Under the pieces are notes generated by a model. The model was not told where the DNA came from. It saw nothing but the letters and a program-made list of their open reading frames with translations, and made no database searches. A DNA stretch of 64,000 bases from an uncultured bacterium (GTDB taxonomy: Bacteria > Bdellovibrionota > Bacteriovoracia > Bacteriovoracales > Bacteriovoracaceae), in assembly GCA_965365285.1 (NCBI GenBank), contig CBDUBC010000003.1, forward strand, positions 3,461 to 67,460. The letters run 5' to 3'. The position numbers and the translations under genes are program-made. Shown one piece after another: positions 18,333 to 26,968 of this stretch. Each line of letters starts with the position of its first letter. Positions within the stretch are counted from its first letter, which is position 1.

Positions 18333-18947
18333 TTATTTAAAGTAAGGATTCTCTCCAGCATTATGATCTGTCTCATCCCTTACACCCTCAATTTCAGGAA
18401 CATGTTCTTTGAGAAGATTTTCTACGCCTTGCTTAACGGTCACCGTAATCTGAGAGCAACCTTGGCAACCTCCTCCAAACTTGAGAATTGCGATTCGATT
18501 TTGAATATCGACTAGCTGAGCATATCCACCGTGACCGGCGAGTGCTGGATTGATAAATTCTTGTAGAACAGATTGAACTTTTTTACCAAGCTCAGTTCCA
18601 AGAACTTCAGAGTTTTCAACATTTGGTTTTTTATCCCCATAGATTTTATTAAGTAAACCTTGTGAAAAATAAGGGCGATCGCTTTCATTTGCTTTTCTAA
18701 TAGCGCTTCCAACTAGAGGTCCAAACTCTTTCCAAGTCTTTTCAGAGTTTTTCTTTACGGTCACAGAGTTTTGTTTAACGTAAACCTCTTGGACCCCTTC
18801 GATATCAAAGATGAATTCACAAAGAGCTGAGCCGAGGGCCTCGTCTGTTGATTTACAGTAGTAAGTTGCGGCCTCTAGGAAAGTTTCCGTTGTTTTAAAT
18901 TCACAGACATCCGGATTGGATGTTGGAAAAGCATGAATCTCAATCAT
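18333..18947 (-). CDS. NFU1-like Fe-S cluster carrier (Nfu_N plus NifU C-terminal domain)
   Basis: 204 aa. The N-terminal FPTSNPDVCEF resembles the Nfu_N TPNP motif. The C-terminal GGCQGCS is the NifU CxxC cluster-binding motif. Confidence 0.75.
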   Translation of the reverse strand: MIEIHAFPTSNPDVCEFKTTETFLEAATYYCKSTDEALGSALCEFIFDIEGVQEVYVKQNSVTVKKNSEKTWKEFGPLVGSAIRKANESDRPYFSQGLLNKIYGDKKPNVENSEVLGTELGKKVQSVLQEFINPALAGHGGYAQLVDIQNRIAILKFGGGCQGCSQITVTVKQGVENLLKEHVPEIEGVRDETDHNAGENPYFK

Positions 18948-18958
18948 GTTAGAACCCT

Positions 18959-20110
18959 TTATACGCTAAATGATGGGCCATCTTGAGGTCCGATCACTCC
19001 CATGGCCTTTAAATTAGTATATTTATAAATTCCTGTATTATGACCATCAGAGAAATTAAAGGTTACCCCGTAACGTCCAATTGGTCTTTGTCCTAAAACA
19101 GTAATATCTAGCGGTACTGATTTAGGATCAAGAATTCTTTTTCCTGTATTTTCGTCCACGCAAGAAGCACAAGGACAAACTAGTCGAAGATCATAAGAGC
19201 TTAACTTGGTATGCGTTTCATCGTGCCAAGTAAGAGTAACCTCTGAGCCTTCGGATTTAATTTCCGTGGGTTCATTCGCCTGAGCATCTTTTTCTCTTCG
19301 AATGAGTTCTTCAACAAGCTTTTCCCCCACTTTAGCAAAAGATGCCTTGGCCGGAGAATCCTCATCTCTTAGTACGACGGCCGTACCATCATCTCCGCCT
19401 TGCATAATAGAAAGATCGAGTGGAATTTCACCAAGGAAAGGCACATCAAGCTTTTTAGAGAGTTCAGCTCCTCCACCTTTTCCAAAGACATGATTCATTT
19501 CATTACAGTGAGCACAAGCTAGTCCACTCATGTTTTCAACAATCCCTAAAATCGGAACATTCACGGTCTTAAACATGGAAAGACCTTTCTTAGCAATTTC
19601 AACGGCTACTTTTTGAGGAGTAGTCACAATGATAGCGCCGGAGAGGTGCGCTTGTTGTGCTAGAGTCAATTGAATATCTCCTGTTCCAGGAGGAAGATCG
19701 ATAAAAAGGAAATCAAGCTCTCCCCAACAAACACCACCAAGAAATTGTTGGATGGCCTTAATGGCAATAGGAGCACGAACTACCATAGCTTCATCACTTG
19801 GATTAATAGAGGCCATAGAGATAAATTTAACTCCATCTTTTTCAATTGGCATAATCTGACCATTTACGGCCTTAGGAGCTTCTCTACTTCCAAGGAGTCC
19901 AGGTTGAGTTGGACCATAAAGATCGGCATCAATTACACCGACTTTCATTCCCTTTCTGGCCATCATCAGCGCGAGGTTAGCGGTCATGGTACTTTTACCA
20001 ACACCACCTTTTCCACTGGCCACAGCGATAATGTTTTTTACGCTACCAGTTCCTGGTTTTATATCTTTAGGTTGTTCATCCTTCTTCTTTTTCCAATTGA
20101 AAAGGCCCAT
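18959..20110 (-). CDS. apbC: ApbC/Mrp/NBP35-family Fe-S cluster carrier ATPase fused to a C-terminal DUF971-like domain
   Basis: 383 aa with the deviant Walker [11 protein letters not shown] and a CAHC motif. An extra ~95-aa tail ([18 protein letters not shown] ... [10 protein letters not shown]) looks like DUF971. Confidence 0.85.
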   Translation of the reverse strand: MGLFNWKKKKDEQPKDIKPGTGSVKNIIAVASGKGGVGKSTMTANLALMMARKGMKVGVIDADLYGPTQPGLLGSREAPKAVNGQIMPIEKDGVKFISMASINPSDEAMVVRAPIAIKAIQQFLGGVCWGELDFLFIDLPPGTGDIQLTLAQQAHLSGAIIVTTPQKVAVEIAKKGLSMFKTVNVPILGIVENMSGLACAHCNEMNHVFGKGGGAELSKKLDVPFLGEIPLDLSIMQGGDDGTAVVLRDEDSPAKASFAKVGEKLVEELIRREKDAQANEPTEIKSEGSEVTLTWHDETHTKLSSYDLRLVCPCASCVDENTGKRILDPKSVPLDITVLGQRPIGRYGVTFNFSDGHNTGIYKYTNLKAMGVIGPQDGPSFSV

Positions 20111-20215
20111 ACATCTCCTTAAAAGCTAAAATAAATCAGGGCTTTATATCACCGTTGTTAATTATGGGCAAATAAGGTCGTATTTTAAAATGAAGTTCTA
20201 AGGGTTATCAAAGAC

Positions 20216-20620
20216 TTAATGCTGGCAGCTAGGACAGATGCCAAAAAACTCGAGACTGTGCTCGAGATCTATATAGCCCTTTTGACCAAGCATTTTGTCG
20301 ACTTCTTTAAGAAAACAAAAAGAGACTTTTTCAACTTTCTTGCAAGTTTTGCAGATTAAATGGTGGTGGTGATGGGAGGGATCATCGATTTCATAACGAA
20401 CCACATCATCCCCAAAAAAACACTTTTTGATGAGCCCCTTTTGTTCAAAGCTCGATAAACACCTATAAATAGTAGCTTGATCACATAGGTCTAACCCCAG
20501 TGCCTTGTGAATCTCATCAGCAGAGAAGGGCCCGTGGTTTTTTTTAAGATAATTTAGTATTGCTAGCCGCGGTTTTGTAACACTAAGCCCCGCATTTTTA
20601 AGCCCATCCTTAAGGTTCAT
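20216..20620 (-). CDS. Fur-family metalloregulator (Fur/Zur/Nur-type)
   Basis: 134 aa. Has a winged-helix N-terminus (TKPRLAILNYL), HHHHHLICKTCKKV and a C-terminal CPSC. Confidence 0.8.
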   Translation of the reverse strand: MNLKDGLKNAGLSVTKPRLAILNYLKKNHGPFSADEIHKALGLDLCDQATIYRCLSSFEQKGLIKKCFFGDDVVRYEIDDPSHHHHHLICKTCKKVEKVSFCFLKEVDKMLGQKGYIDLEHSLEFFGICPSCQH

Positions 20621-20747
20621 GGTCGCAAACTAGCAGTCTTTTTGAGTTCTTGCCAGTGGCTTGTAAAAAAGAACATTTTTGCAAATGACTTGAAATTATC
20701 TTCACAATGTGGTTTTTTACGCCATCTAAATAAATGAGAGGAAAAGA

Positions 20748-21131
20748 GTGAATTTAGAAGGGCACAATGAAATCGATAAAGTGGGAATTTCCTTATCAGG
20801 ACTATGCGCGATCCACTGCATTTTAACGCCAATTCTTCTTATTTTTATGCCAAATTTAGGTGAGTATTTTGAGCATGAACTGGTCCATATGGCATTTTTC
20901 TTCCTTGTAGCACCTGTTGCTTTTTTTAGTTTTTATAGGGTTTATAAGGTCCATAGAGATAAAATTCCATTCATTTTGGGTACGATAGGCTCAGGACTTT
21001 TAATAGTAACACTTGTTGAGCACGGCCACTCTCATAGTCTTCACCTCCTCTCCATCGTAGGAAGTATTCTTTTGGTTGCCGGTCATTTCATCAGCTTAAG
21101 AAAGTGCCGATGTGTAGGGCATAGTCATTAA
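20748..21131 (+). CDS. MerC-domain membrane protein with a His/Cys-rich tail, putative metal transporter
   Basis: 127 aa. SLSGLCAIHCILTPIL resembles the MerC family. Four TM segments, then HGHSHSLH and a C-terminal CRCVGHSH. GTG start preceded by GAGG. Confidence 0.55.
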   Translation: MNLEGHNEIDKVGISLSGLCAIHCILTPILLIFMPNLGEYFEHELVHMAFFFLVAPVAFFSFYRVYKVHRDKIPFILGTIGSGLLIVTLVEHGHSHSLHLLSIVGSILLVAGHFISLRKCRCVGHSH

Positions 21132-21274
21132 TTCGAAGAGATCTCTTTAATAATTTGATTAAGATCGACATTCACATTACCCATAAGTTGAGTAATTGCC
21201 TCTTTGGCCTCATCAAGTTTTCCTTCATCAATCATTTTTTCAATTTCTTCAATTCGAGTTATAAAATCACTCAT
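21128..21274 (-). CDS. Small hypothetical helical protein (48 aa)
   Basis: Below the track size cut-off; I translated it myself as MSDFITRIEEIEKMIDEGKLDEAKEAITQLMGNVNVDLNQIIKEISSN. The ATG is preceded by AAGGAG at a 7-nt spacing. Confidence 0.4.
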   Translation of the reverse strand: MSDFITRIEEIEKMIDEGKLDEAKEAITQLMGNVNVDLNQIIKEISSN

Positions 21275-21375
21275 AAAAAACTCCTTAGAATTATTGTACC
21301 CCATCTAATAGAGCTTTTGAGAGTAATGGCCATAATTACCTAATCTAAACTATTAGAATTATTGATAAATAATTC

Positions 21376-22404
21376 GTGAACTTTTTACTTCGCGGATTGA
21401 AATCAACAGAAATCAGCCTAATATTGTGGGCTATGTTAAGTGATAGACTAAAAGAGCTCAGAATTAAGGATTTGAACTTGGACCTAGAAAAGTCTTGGGT
21501 GTTTCCCTATATTCAAAAGCTTTATGCTGAACTTGATTCTAAAAATATCAAACTAAAACCCAAAATTTGGATTTCAGATGATTGGTTTTGTCCTGATGGA
21601 ACTACGGGGTTTGCGATCCCCTTTTATCTACTCAACAAAGAGCTTATTGATCTAGAAGTCTCTATGATAGGAGAGGCCGAAGGCAAGAGCGCAGATTGGT
21701 TAATGATGCTTCTAAGGCACGAAACGGCACATGCTCTGGATAATGCTTATTATTTAAGAAGAAATAAAAAGAGACAAAAGCTTTTTGGTCTTACCTCTGT
21801 CCCCTACCCAATAAGCTATACACCTAAACCTTATGATAAAAACTATGTCGCTCACCTCGAGCCTTTCTATGCTCAGGCACATCCTGATGAAGACTGGGCC
21901 GAAACATTTGCTGTATGGTTGAACCCTCAAAATAATTGGAAAAAAACCTACGAAGACTGGCCTGCCTTAAAAAAGCTTAAGCTTTGTGATGAGTTGATGA
22001 ACCAAATCAAAGGAAAAGAACCTTATTGTAAAAGATTCATTAAAGATACGCTCTACACAGAAATCGAAATGACACTGTTTGATTATTATAAGGAAAAGAA
22101 AAAAAGACTACGAATCGAGAGGTATAAAAAATTCGAGGAGTCTGTAAAAGGTGAATTTTGCCTAAGTCTCCTAAAAGAATTAGAAACATCGAAAAAAGAT
22201 CAATTAGTCGCTAATCTTTGTAAATCTATTCATAAAAGAGACTTTATTGTAAAAAGATATATTGAGAGTATCCAAGAAATATGTTCCCGTTCTAAATTTG
22301 ATTTGAAAAAAAATAAAAGGGATAAGAAAATAGACCTTATAGAAGCTTTAATGAAGCCTTCAAACGAATACTTTAAGTCAGGTTTACACAAGGTATATAT
22401 GTGA
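21376..22404 (+). CDS. Putative zinc-binding metallopeptidase (Peptidase_Mx-like)
   Basis: 342 aa with an HETAHALD HExxH motif and a downstream DEDWAETFA. The more likely start is ATG 21433 (MLSDRLKEL). Confidence 0.65.
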   Translation: MNFLLRGLKSTEISLILWAMLSDRLKELRIKDLNLDLEKSWVFPYIQKLYAELDSKNIKLKPKIWISDDWFCPDGTTGFAIPFYLLNKELIDLEVSMIGEAEGKSADWLMMLLRHETAHALDNAYYLRRNKKRQKLFGLTSVPYPISYTPKPYDKNYVAHLEPFYAQAHPDEDWAETFAVWLNPQNNWKKTYEDWPALKKLKLCDELMNQIKGKEPYCKRFIKDTLYTEIEMTLFDYYKEKKKRLRIERYKKFEESVKGEFCLSLLKELETSKKDQLVANLCKSIHKRDFIVKRYIESIQEICSRSKFDLKKNKRDKKIDLIEALMKPSNEYFKSGLHKVYM

Positions 22405-23420
22405 CAAAACTCAGGATTCTTGCCCTCGTTCACGAATTACTTGTCCCCCCTCAAAATATTAATCTTTCAGAAATCGATCGAATTGAGACGCCATGGATAA
22501 CTGAATATGATGTTATATCCCAACTTAAAAAAAATGGACATGAGGTCAAAGTTCTTGGCATCTATGCGGACCTAGATCCTATTAAATCTGCTGTACAAGA
22601 GTTTAAACCACATATTGTTTTTAATATCATGGAAGAATTCCAAGAGCAGAGACATCACCTCCACAACCTGCTCGGCTATCTAGAGCTTTTGGGTGTTAAG
22701 TATACGGGATGTAATCCTCATGCTCTTTCGATAACCGTTGATAAATCAACGACAAAGAAAATTCTTCGCTATCACAATCTTCTCACTCCTAATTTTTTAT
22801 CTTTTAAAAAAGATAAGTCGATTAAAATACCTAAAGACTTAAATTATCCGCTTATTGTAAAGTGCCTTACCGAAGAAGGTTCTTTAGGACTCTCACAAGC
22901 TTCTATTGTAAATAGTAGGGAAAAGTTAAAAGAGAGAATTCAATTTGTTCACAAAAAGATTAATGATCACGCTATCGTAGAAGAGTTTGTTGAAGGTCGT
23001 GAGCTTTTTGTAGGAGTTCTTGGAAATAAAAGACCAAAGGTATTACCTATTTGGGAGCTTCTTTTTGAAAACACCGAGAACCCCGAAAAAGAAATCTATT
23101 CAAGTAGGGCCAAGGCCAATAGCGCCTATCGAAAAAGAAAAGGAATTAAAGATAAAAAGGCAAAGGTTGATCCTGAATTAGAAAAGAAGATTAATAAAAT
23201 TGTGACCAAGGCCTATAAAGTTTTAGGGATCACAGGTTACGCTCGCTTTGATTTACGGGTGGATTCAAATCATAATGTTTATATCATTGAAGTAAACCCA
23301 AACCCTGATATTGCCATCGATGATGAGTTTGCAAGAAGTGCCAATCAAGTTGGTATTCCCTACCCTAGGCTTTTAGAGAGAATTATTAAACTCGGTCTCA
23401 GTTACCAACCTATTTCTTAA
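22401..23420 (+). CDS. ATP-grasp ligase, D-alanine--D-alanine ligase-like family
   Basis: 339 aa with the typical Ddl-like layout (RILALVHE, DKSTTKKIL, YPLIVK, VEEFVEGRELFVGVLG, ARFDLRVD, YIIEVNPNP). Overlaps the upstream peptidase gene by 4 nt. Confidence 0.8.
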   Translation: MTKLRILALVHELLVPPQNINLSEIDRIETPWITEYDVISQLKKNGHEVKVLGIYADLDPIKSAVQEFKPHIVFNIMEEFQEQRHHLHNLLGYLELLGVKYTGCNPHALSITVDKSTTKKILRYHNLLTPNFLSFKKDKSIKIPKDLNYPLIVKCLTEEGSLGLSQASIVNSREKLKERIQFVHKKINDHAIVEEFVEGRELFVGVLGNKRPKVLPIWELLFENTENPEKEIYSSRAKANSAYRKRKGIKDKKAKVDPELEKKINKIVTKAYKVLGITGYARFDLRVDSNHNVYIIEVNPNPDIAIDDEFARSANQVGIPYPRLLERIIKLGLSYQPIS

Positions 23421-24031
23421 GGCTTCCATTTCTTTTCTAGGAACTGATCTCTACCAGAATTGTATCGGTAATATTTATAGCGAATGGGATTTTTTTGGTA
23501 ATAGTCCTGATGATAATCTTCAGCAGGAGAAAAGTTTTTAAGCTCTCTAATGGGAGTTATAATTGGTTTTTTAAAAACACCACTTTGGGCAAGCTTTTCT
23601 TTAGACTCCATTGCAATCTTTTTTTGATTTTCGTCATGGTAAAAAATTGCGGTTCCATATTGCGGTCCTCGGTCAACAAATTGTCCTCCATCATCCGTTG
23701 GATCCACATTTTTCCAAAAGATATCTATAAGCTCCTCATAAGAAACCTTGCTCGGATCATAGACTATTTGAATAACTTCAAGATGACCTGTTCCACCAGA
23801 GGAGACTTCTTCGTAGGTAGGATTTATCTTTTCGCCCCCAGCGTAACCACTAATGGTTTCAAGGACTCCCTCTCTTTGATCAAATGGTGGTTCCATACAC
23901 CAAAAACATCCGCCCGCGAAGGTTGCTCTTTTTGTATTTTCTAAGTTCACTTTTTCCCCTGATTTTTGAGTCGTGCACCCTAATATTAAAATCAATAAAA
24001 TATATACATGAAACCAAGTCTTCATTTCCAC
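23417..24031 (-). CDS. msrA: Peptide-methionine (S)-S-oxide reductase, exported lipoprotein form
   Basis: 204 aa with the GGCFWCME catalytic motif. The N-terminus has a signal peptide and lipobox (LILILGC). Confidence 0.9.
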   Translation of the reverse strand: MEMKTWFHVYILLILILGCTTQKSGEKVNLENTKRATFAGGCFWCMEPPFDQREGVLETISGYAGGEKINPTYEEVSSGGTGHLEVIQIVYDPSKVSYEELIDIFWKNVDPTDDGGQFVDRGPQYGTAIFYHDENQKKIAMESKEKLAQSGVFKKPIITPIRELKNFSPAEDYHQDYYQKNPIRYKYYRYNSGRDQFLEKKWKP

Positions 24032-25476
24032 CCCTTTTTTCTAACAAAGTCATCAAGACTTGTATTGTCTAAGCTTAGTGGAGGTAAATATACTTTTTCA
24101 AATTTTCTATTATACCACTGCTGACTTTCTAGTGGTGCAAATTCATAAATATAATGGTCTAATTTAATATACTTAGGTGGTTTTGCAGGAAATGGGTTCT
24201 TGGACAAAAGAGAGAGAACTGCTTCATCCCCTTTCAATAATTTATAAACAAGATTAATGATCCAGGGGTTATATTCATAGCTATTCATTGCAGCAAACCA
24301 AATTTGCCAAGTCAGCCGGTAATGATATGGGGCCACGGCACAAGGCCTGTCAAATATATTTCCAGGCTTGCATGGAATCTCATATTCCTTCCACTCAGTT
24401 GAAGGGGTTATGGTAGAGTCATTTGTGCCTTTAATGATGACCTCTTTTCTTATTTTAGTAATCCCACCAAATACCCCATAACTATTCACGAAATGGAACT
24501 GATCATAGGATCGATTCATAATTTGCCTAGGTCCAATTAAGTTTTTTATCGGGTCAATGCTTTTAAAAGCGACAAAGATCAAAAGAAGATAGGATAGATT
24601 ATTTTTTATTCTTGATTCTTTTTTCAATTTAATAAATTTATATAAAAATTGAGGGGTAAGTTTTTTTAGAAATGGATCATCAAAACAGGAAATACTCATA
24701 ACAAGAGCGATTATATTGATCCAGGCAAAATTTCCTGTCATCATAATGCCTAACTGAAAAAGGACAAAGAGAACTCCAGCACCGTTAGAAAACCTTCTTC
24801 CTAAAAAAAGGAAAAATGGGACTATTAATTCAATAAAGTGATTAATAAAAACCATCGTTTTATGTATTAACGTGGGAAGAAAATGGAAGAAAGGACTCAA
24901 GGGATTAGGAATTGGTTGAGTCTCAAAATGATCACTTAAGCAGGTTAAATCTACCCAACACTGATCTCCTCTTAGTTTAATTAGCCCTGCACCTAACATA
25001 AGCCGAAATAAAACCCATTTTTGTAAGAAGACCATAATTCTATTAGAAGTCATAAAAATAGAGAGGAAACCAATCTCTAATAAGTTCGTTTCCCAGCCAA
25101 ATCCCCAAAAGGTTTGACCTGAATGAACGAAAGAGAGCTGAAAAAACCAAAGTAAAAATAGAATCAAGGGATGAGAAAACCCAAATAATACAAATAAAGA
25201 AAGAAGAAGACCTAATTGAATCACTCCTACTCCAAAGCTATTTGATTGCTCGAACCAAAAGAGAGAAGGATTATTCCAAAATTGAACCCATGTGAAATGA
25301 TCAGGGTAAAGATTTGCGATAGGAAGAAGACCATCCTCTCCCAATAATCCTAAGTACTGGTTATATAAAGGCCAGAAAACAAGAAAATAAAGTAAACCGA
25401 TTCCTCTCAGAAAATAAAAAGAGGTCAGTTGATAGGTTCCCTCTGAATGAAAATATTTTTTCATAGTATCTATCAT
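24022..25476 (-). CDS. Lipase maturation factor (LMF1)-family polytopic membrane protein
   Basis: 484 aa with multiple TM segments. GDQCWVDLTCLSDHFETQPIPNP and APYHYRLTWQIWFAAM match the LMF family blocks I remember (CW..LT..YHYETQP; PRLDWQMWFAA). Confidence 0.7.
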   Translation of the reverse strand: MIDTMKKYFHSEGTYQLTSFYFLRGIGLLYFLVFWPLYNQYLGLLGEDGLLPIANLYPDHFTWVQFWNNPSLFWFEQSNSFGVGVIQLGLLLSLFVLFGFSHPLILFLLWFFQLSFVHSGQTFWGFGWETNLLEIGFLSIFMTSNRIMVFLQKWVLFRLMLGAGLIKLRGDQCWVDLTCLSDHFETQPIPNPLSPFFHFLPTLIHKTMVFINHFIELIVPFFLFLGRRFSNGAGVLFVLFQLGIMMTGNFAWINIIALVMSISCFDDPFLKKLTPQFLYKFIKLKKESRIKNNLSYLLLIFVAFKSIDPIKNLIGPRQIMNRSYDQFHFVNSYGVFGGITKIRKEVIIKGTNDSTITPSTEWKEYEIPCKPGNIFDRPCAVAPYHYRLTWQIWFAAMNSYEYNPWIINLVYKLLKGDEAVLSLLSKNPFPAKPPKYIKLDHYIYEFAPLESQQWYNRKFEKVYLPPLSLDNTSLDDFVRKKGWK

Positions 25477-25577
25477 ACCTAAGAAAGTTTAGAAGTGTCC
25501 CTAAAGAAATACATACGGGTCAATTAACCTAAGATTTATTTACTTTCTTAACTTTCTTTGAAATCCTATAAAAATAT

Positions 25578-26909
25578 ATGCAACAAGGATGTTTCATGAA
25601 ATTTTTTATTTTATTCACTACTCTATTACTCAGTTTAAGTTCTTACTCTAAAAATTATGATGGCTACATCATCAAACTAAAAAAAAATCCAGAGAGCTTC
25701 CTTAACTTTCTTTCTAATGTAGGGAAGGTTGAAAGACTTCGAGTTAAAAACCACTATTTTTACACACTAAGTGATCAAGGTCTTAACAAAAGTAATCTCG
25801 AGACAATTAGAAACCACCCTCTTGTAGAATATATTGAACCTAATTATTATTATCACCTCGATACTCCTGTAGATATCCAATGGGGTCGAGAAATCACCGA
25901 AAAAAAAGGCTTTCTCAAACAATGGAATCTTCTCAATCGAGGAAAAAGACAACGAGGTCGAGAGATCAACTACAAAGAAGGAATGGATATTTCGGCAATG
26001 AAGGCATGGGAGATCACTCAAGGAAAAAAAGATGTCATCATTGCAGTGATTGATACTGGAATCACTTATAATCACCCAGATATTAAAGAAAACGTTTGGA
26101 TTAATGAAGCCGAAAAAAATGGTCAACCAGGTGTGGATGATGATCAAAACGGTTACGTCGATGATATCTATGGCTGGGACTTCGCTAGAAAAATTTCGGA
26201 CCCCATAGATAATGAATGGGGACATGGAACTCATGTTGCTGGAATCATAGCCGCAAAACATAATGAGCGAGGAATAAAAGGCATAATGAATCAAGCGAGA
26301 GTTATGGCCCTTAAAATCTTCAATAAAAAAGCAGAAGGAGAGGCCCGATCACCTACGAGTGGAATCATCGAGTCTTTCTACTATGCCATTGATAATGGTG
26401 TCCAAATTATTAATGCGAGTTGGGGGGGCGGTGATTTCTCACAAGCACTGCTTGATGCAATGAGAGATCTCGCAAAAAATAATATTATTTTTGTTACCAC
26501 GGCAGGAAATCACAAAAGAAATAACGATGAAACACCTTACTACCCTGCTGGATACGACTCCGATAATATCGTTGTTGTTGGTGCTTATACTGGTGCAGGA
26601 CAAAAGGCATATTTCTCGGGTTATGGTAAAAATAGCGTAGACATCTGGGCACCTGGAACTAATGTTCTTTCATTATATAAAACAAACCCAGTTGGTGACT
26701 TTACCTATACTGAAATGAGTGGGACCTCCATGGCCGCTCCCCATGTTGCAGCCATTTTAGGCATGGCCAAATCAATCAATCCTGGCCTTGATTATAGGCA
26801 AGCAATTCAAGCACTTATGGATGCTAGTATTGATGAAGATCATTTTAGAGATCTTAGCCGATACGGTCGGGCCGATGCAGAAAAACTTTTAAACAATTTG
26901 GCCAAATAA
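25578..26909 (+). CDS. Secreted subtilisin-family (S8) serine protease with a cis I9-type propeptide
   Basis: 443 aa. Signal peptide, then a propeptide ending HPLVEYIEPN. Catalytic D (VIDTGI), H (HGTHVAG) and S (GTSMAAPHVA). Confidence 0.9.
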   Translation: MQQGCFMKFFILFTTLLLSLSSYSKNYDGYIIKLKKNPESFLNFLSNVGKVERLRVKNHYFYTLSDQGLNKSNLETIRNHPLVEYIEPNYYYHLDTPVDIQWGREITEKKGFLKQWNLLNRGKRQRGREINYKEGMDISAMKAWEITQGKKDVIIAVIDTGITYNHPDIKENVWINEAEKNGQPGVDDDQNGYVDDIYGWDFARKISDPIDNEWGHGTHVAGIIAAKHNERGIKGIMNQARVMALKIFNKKAEGEARSPTSGIIESFYYAIDNGVQIINASWGGGDFSQALLDAMRDLAKNNIIFVTTAGNHKRNNDETPYYPAGYDSDNIVVVGAYTGAGQKAYFSGYGKNSVDIWAPGTNVLSLYKTNPVGDFTYTEMSGTSMAAPHVAAILGMAKSINPGLDYRQAIQALMDASIDEDHFRDLSRYGRADAEKLLNNLAK

Positions 26910-26930
26910 AGTATATTGACTCTATCATTT

Positions 26931-26968
26931 AGCCGATAAAATAACTATGTTTTATCGGCTATTTTTGC
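26931..26968 (+). terminator. Perfect 11-bp hairpin plus T-run after the first protease gene, enclosing the start codon of the second
   Basis: AGCCGATAAAA (26931..26941), loop TAACTATG (26942..26949), TTTTATCGGCT (26950..26960), then ATTTTTGC. The ATG of 26947..29838 occupies the last three loop positions. Confidence 0.5.

Noticed and set aside
20621-20747. Search for a Fur/Zur box between the Fur-family gene and the MerC-like gene
   Set aside because: Only A/T-rich pseudo-symmetry is present (for example AAAAAGAACATTTTT). I found no convincing 7-1-7 or 9-1-9 inverted repeat by eye, so no operator is reported.
20617-20832. 71-aa minus-strand ORF spanning the Fur/MerC-like intergenic region
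   Set aside because: It would run through the divergent promoter region and overlap the MerC-like gene start. It has no RBS and no recognisable family. It is more likely a chance ORF in AT-rich DNA.
21155-21343. 62-aa plus-strand ORF after the MerC-like gene
   Set aside because: The product has an implausible Phe/Ile/Asn-rich composition and no SD. The opposite strand carries a 48-codon ORF with a strong AAGGAG, which I prefer.
25670-25690. Homopolymer A tracts (9 A at about 25679 in the S8 gene; 8 A in mrpA near 16727; 9 A near 51251) as phase-variation switches
   Set aside because: Runs of this length are expected in such AT-rich, Lys-rich coding DNA. The frames are intact, and nothing indicates slippage-prone contingency loci.
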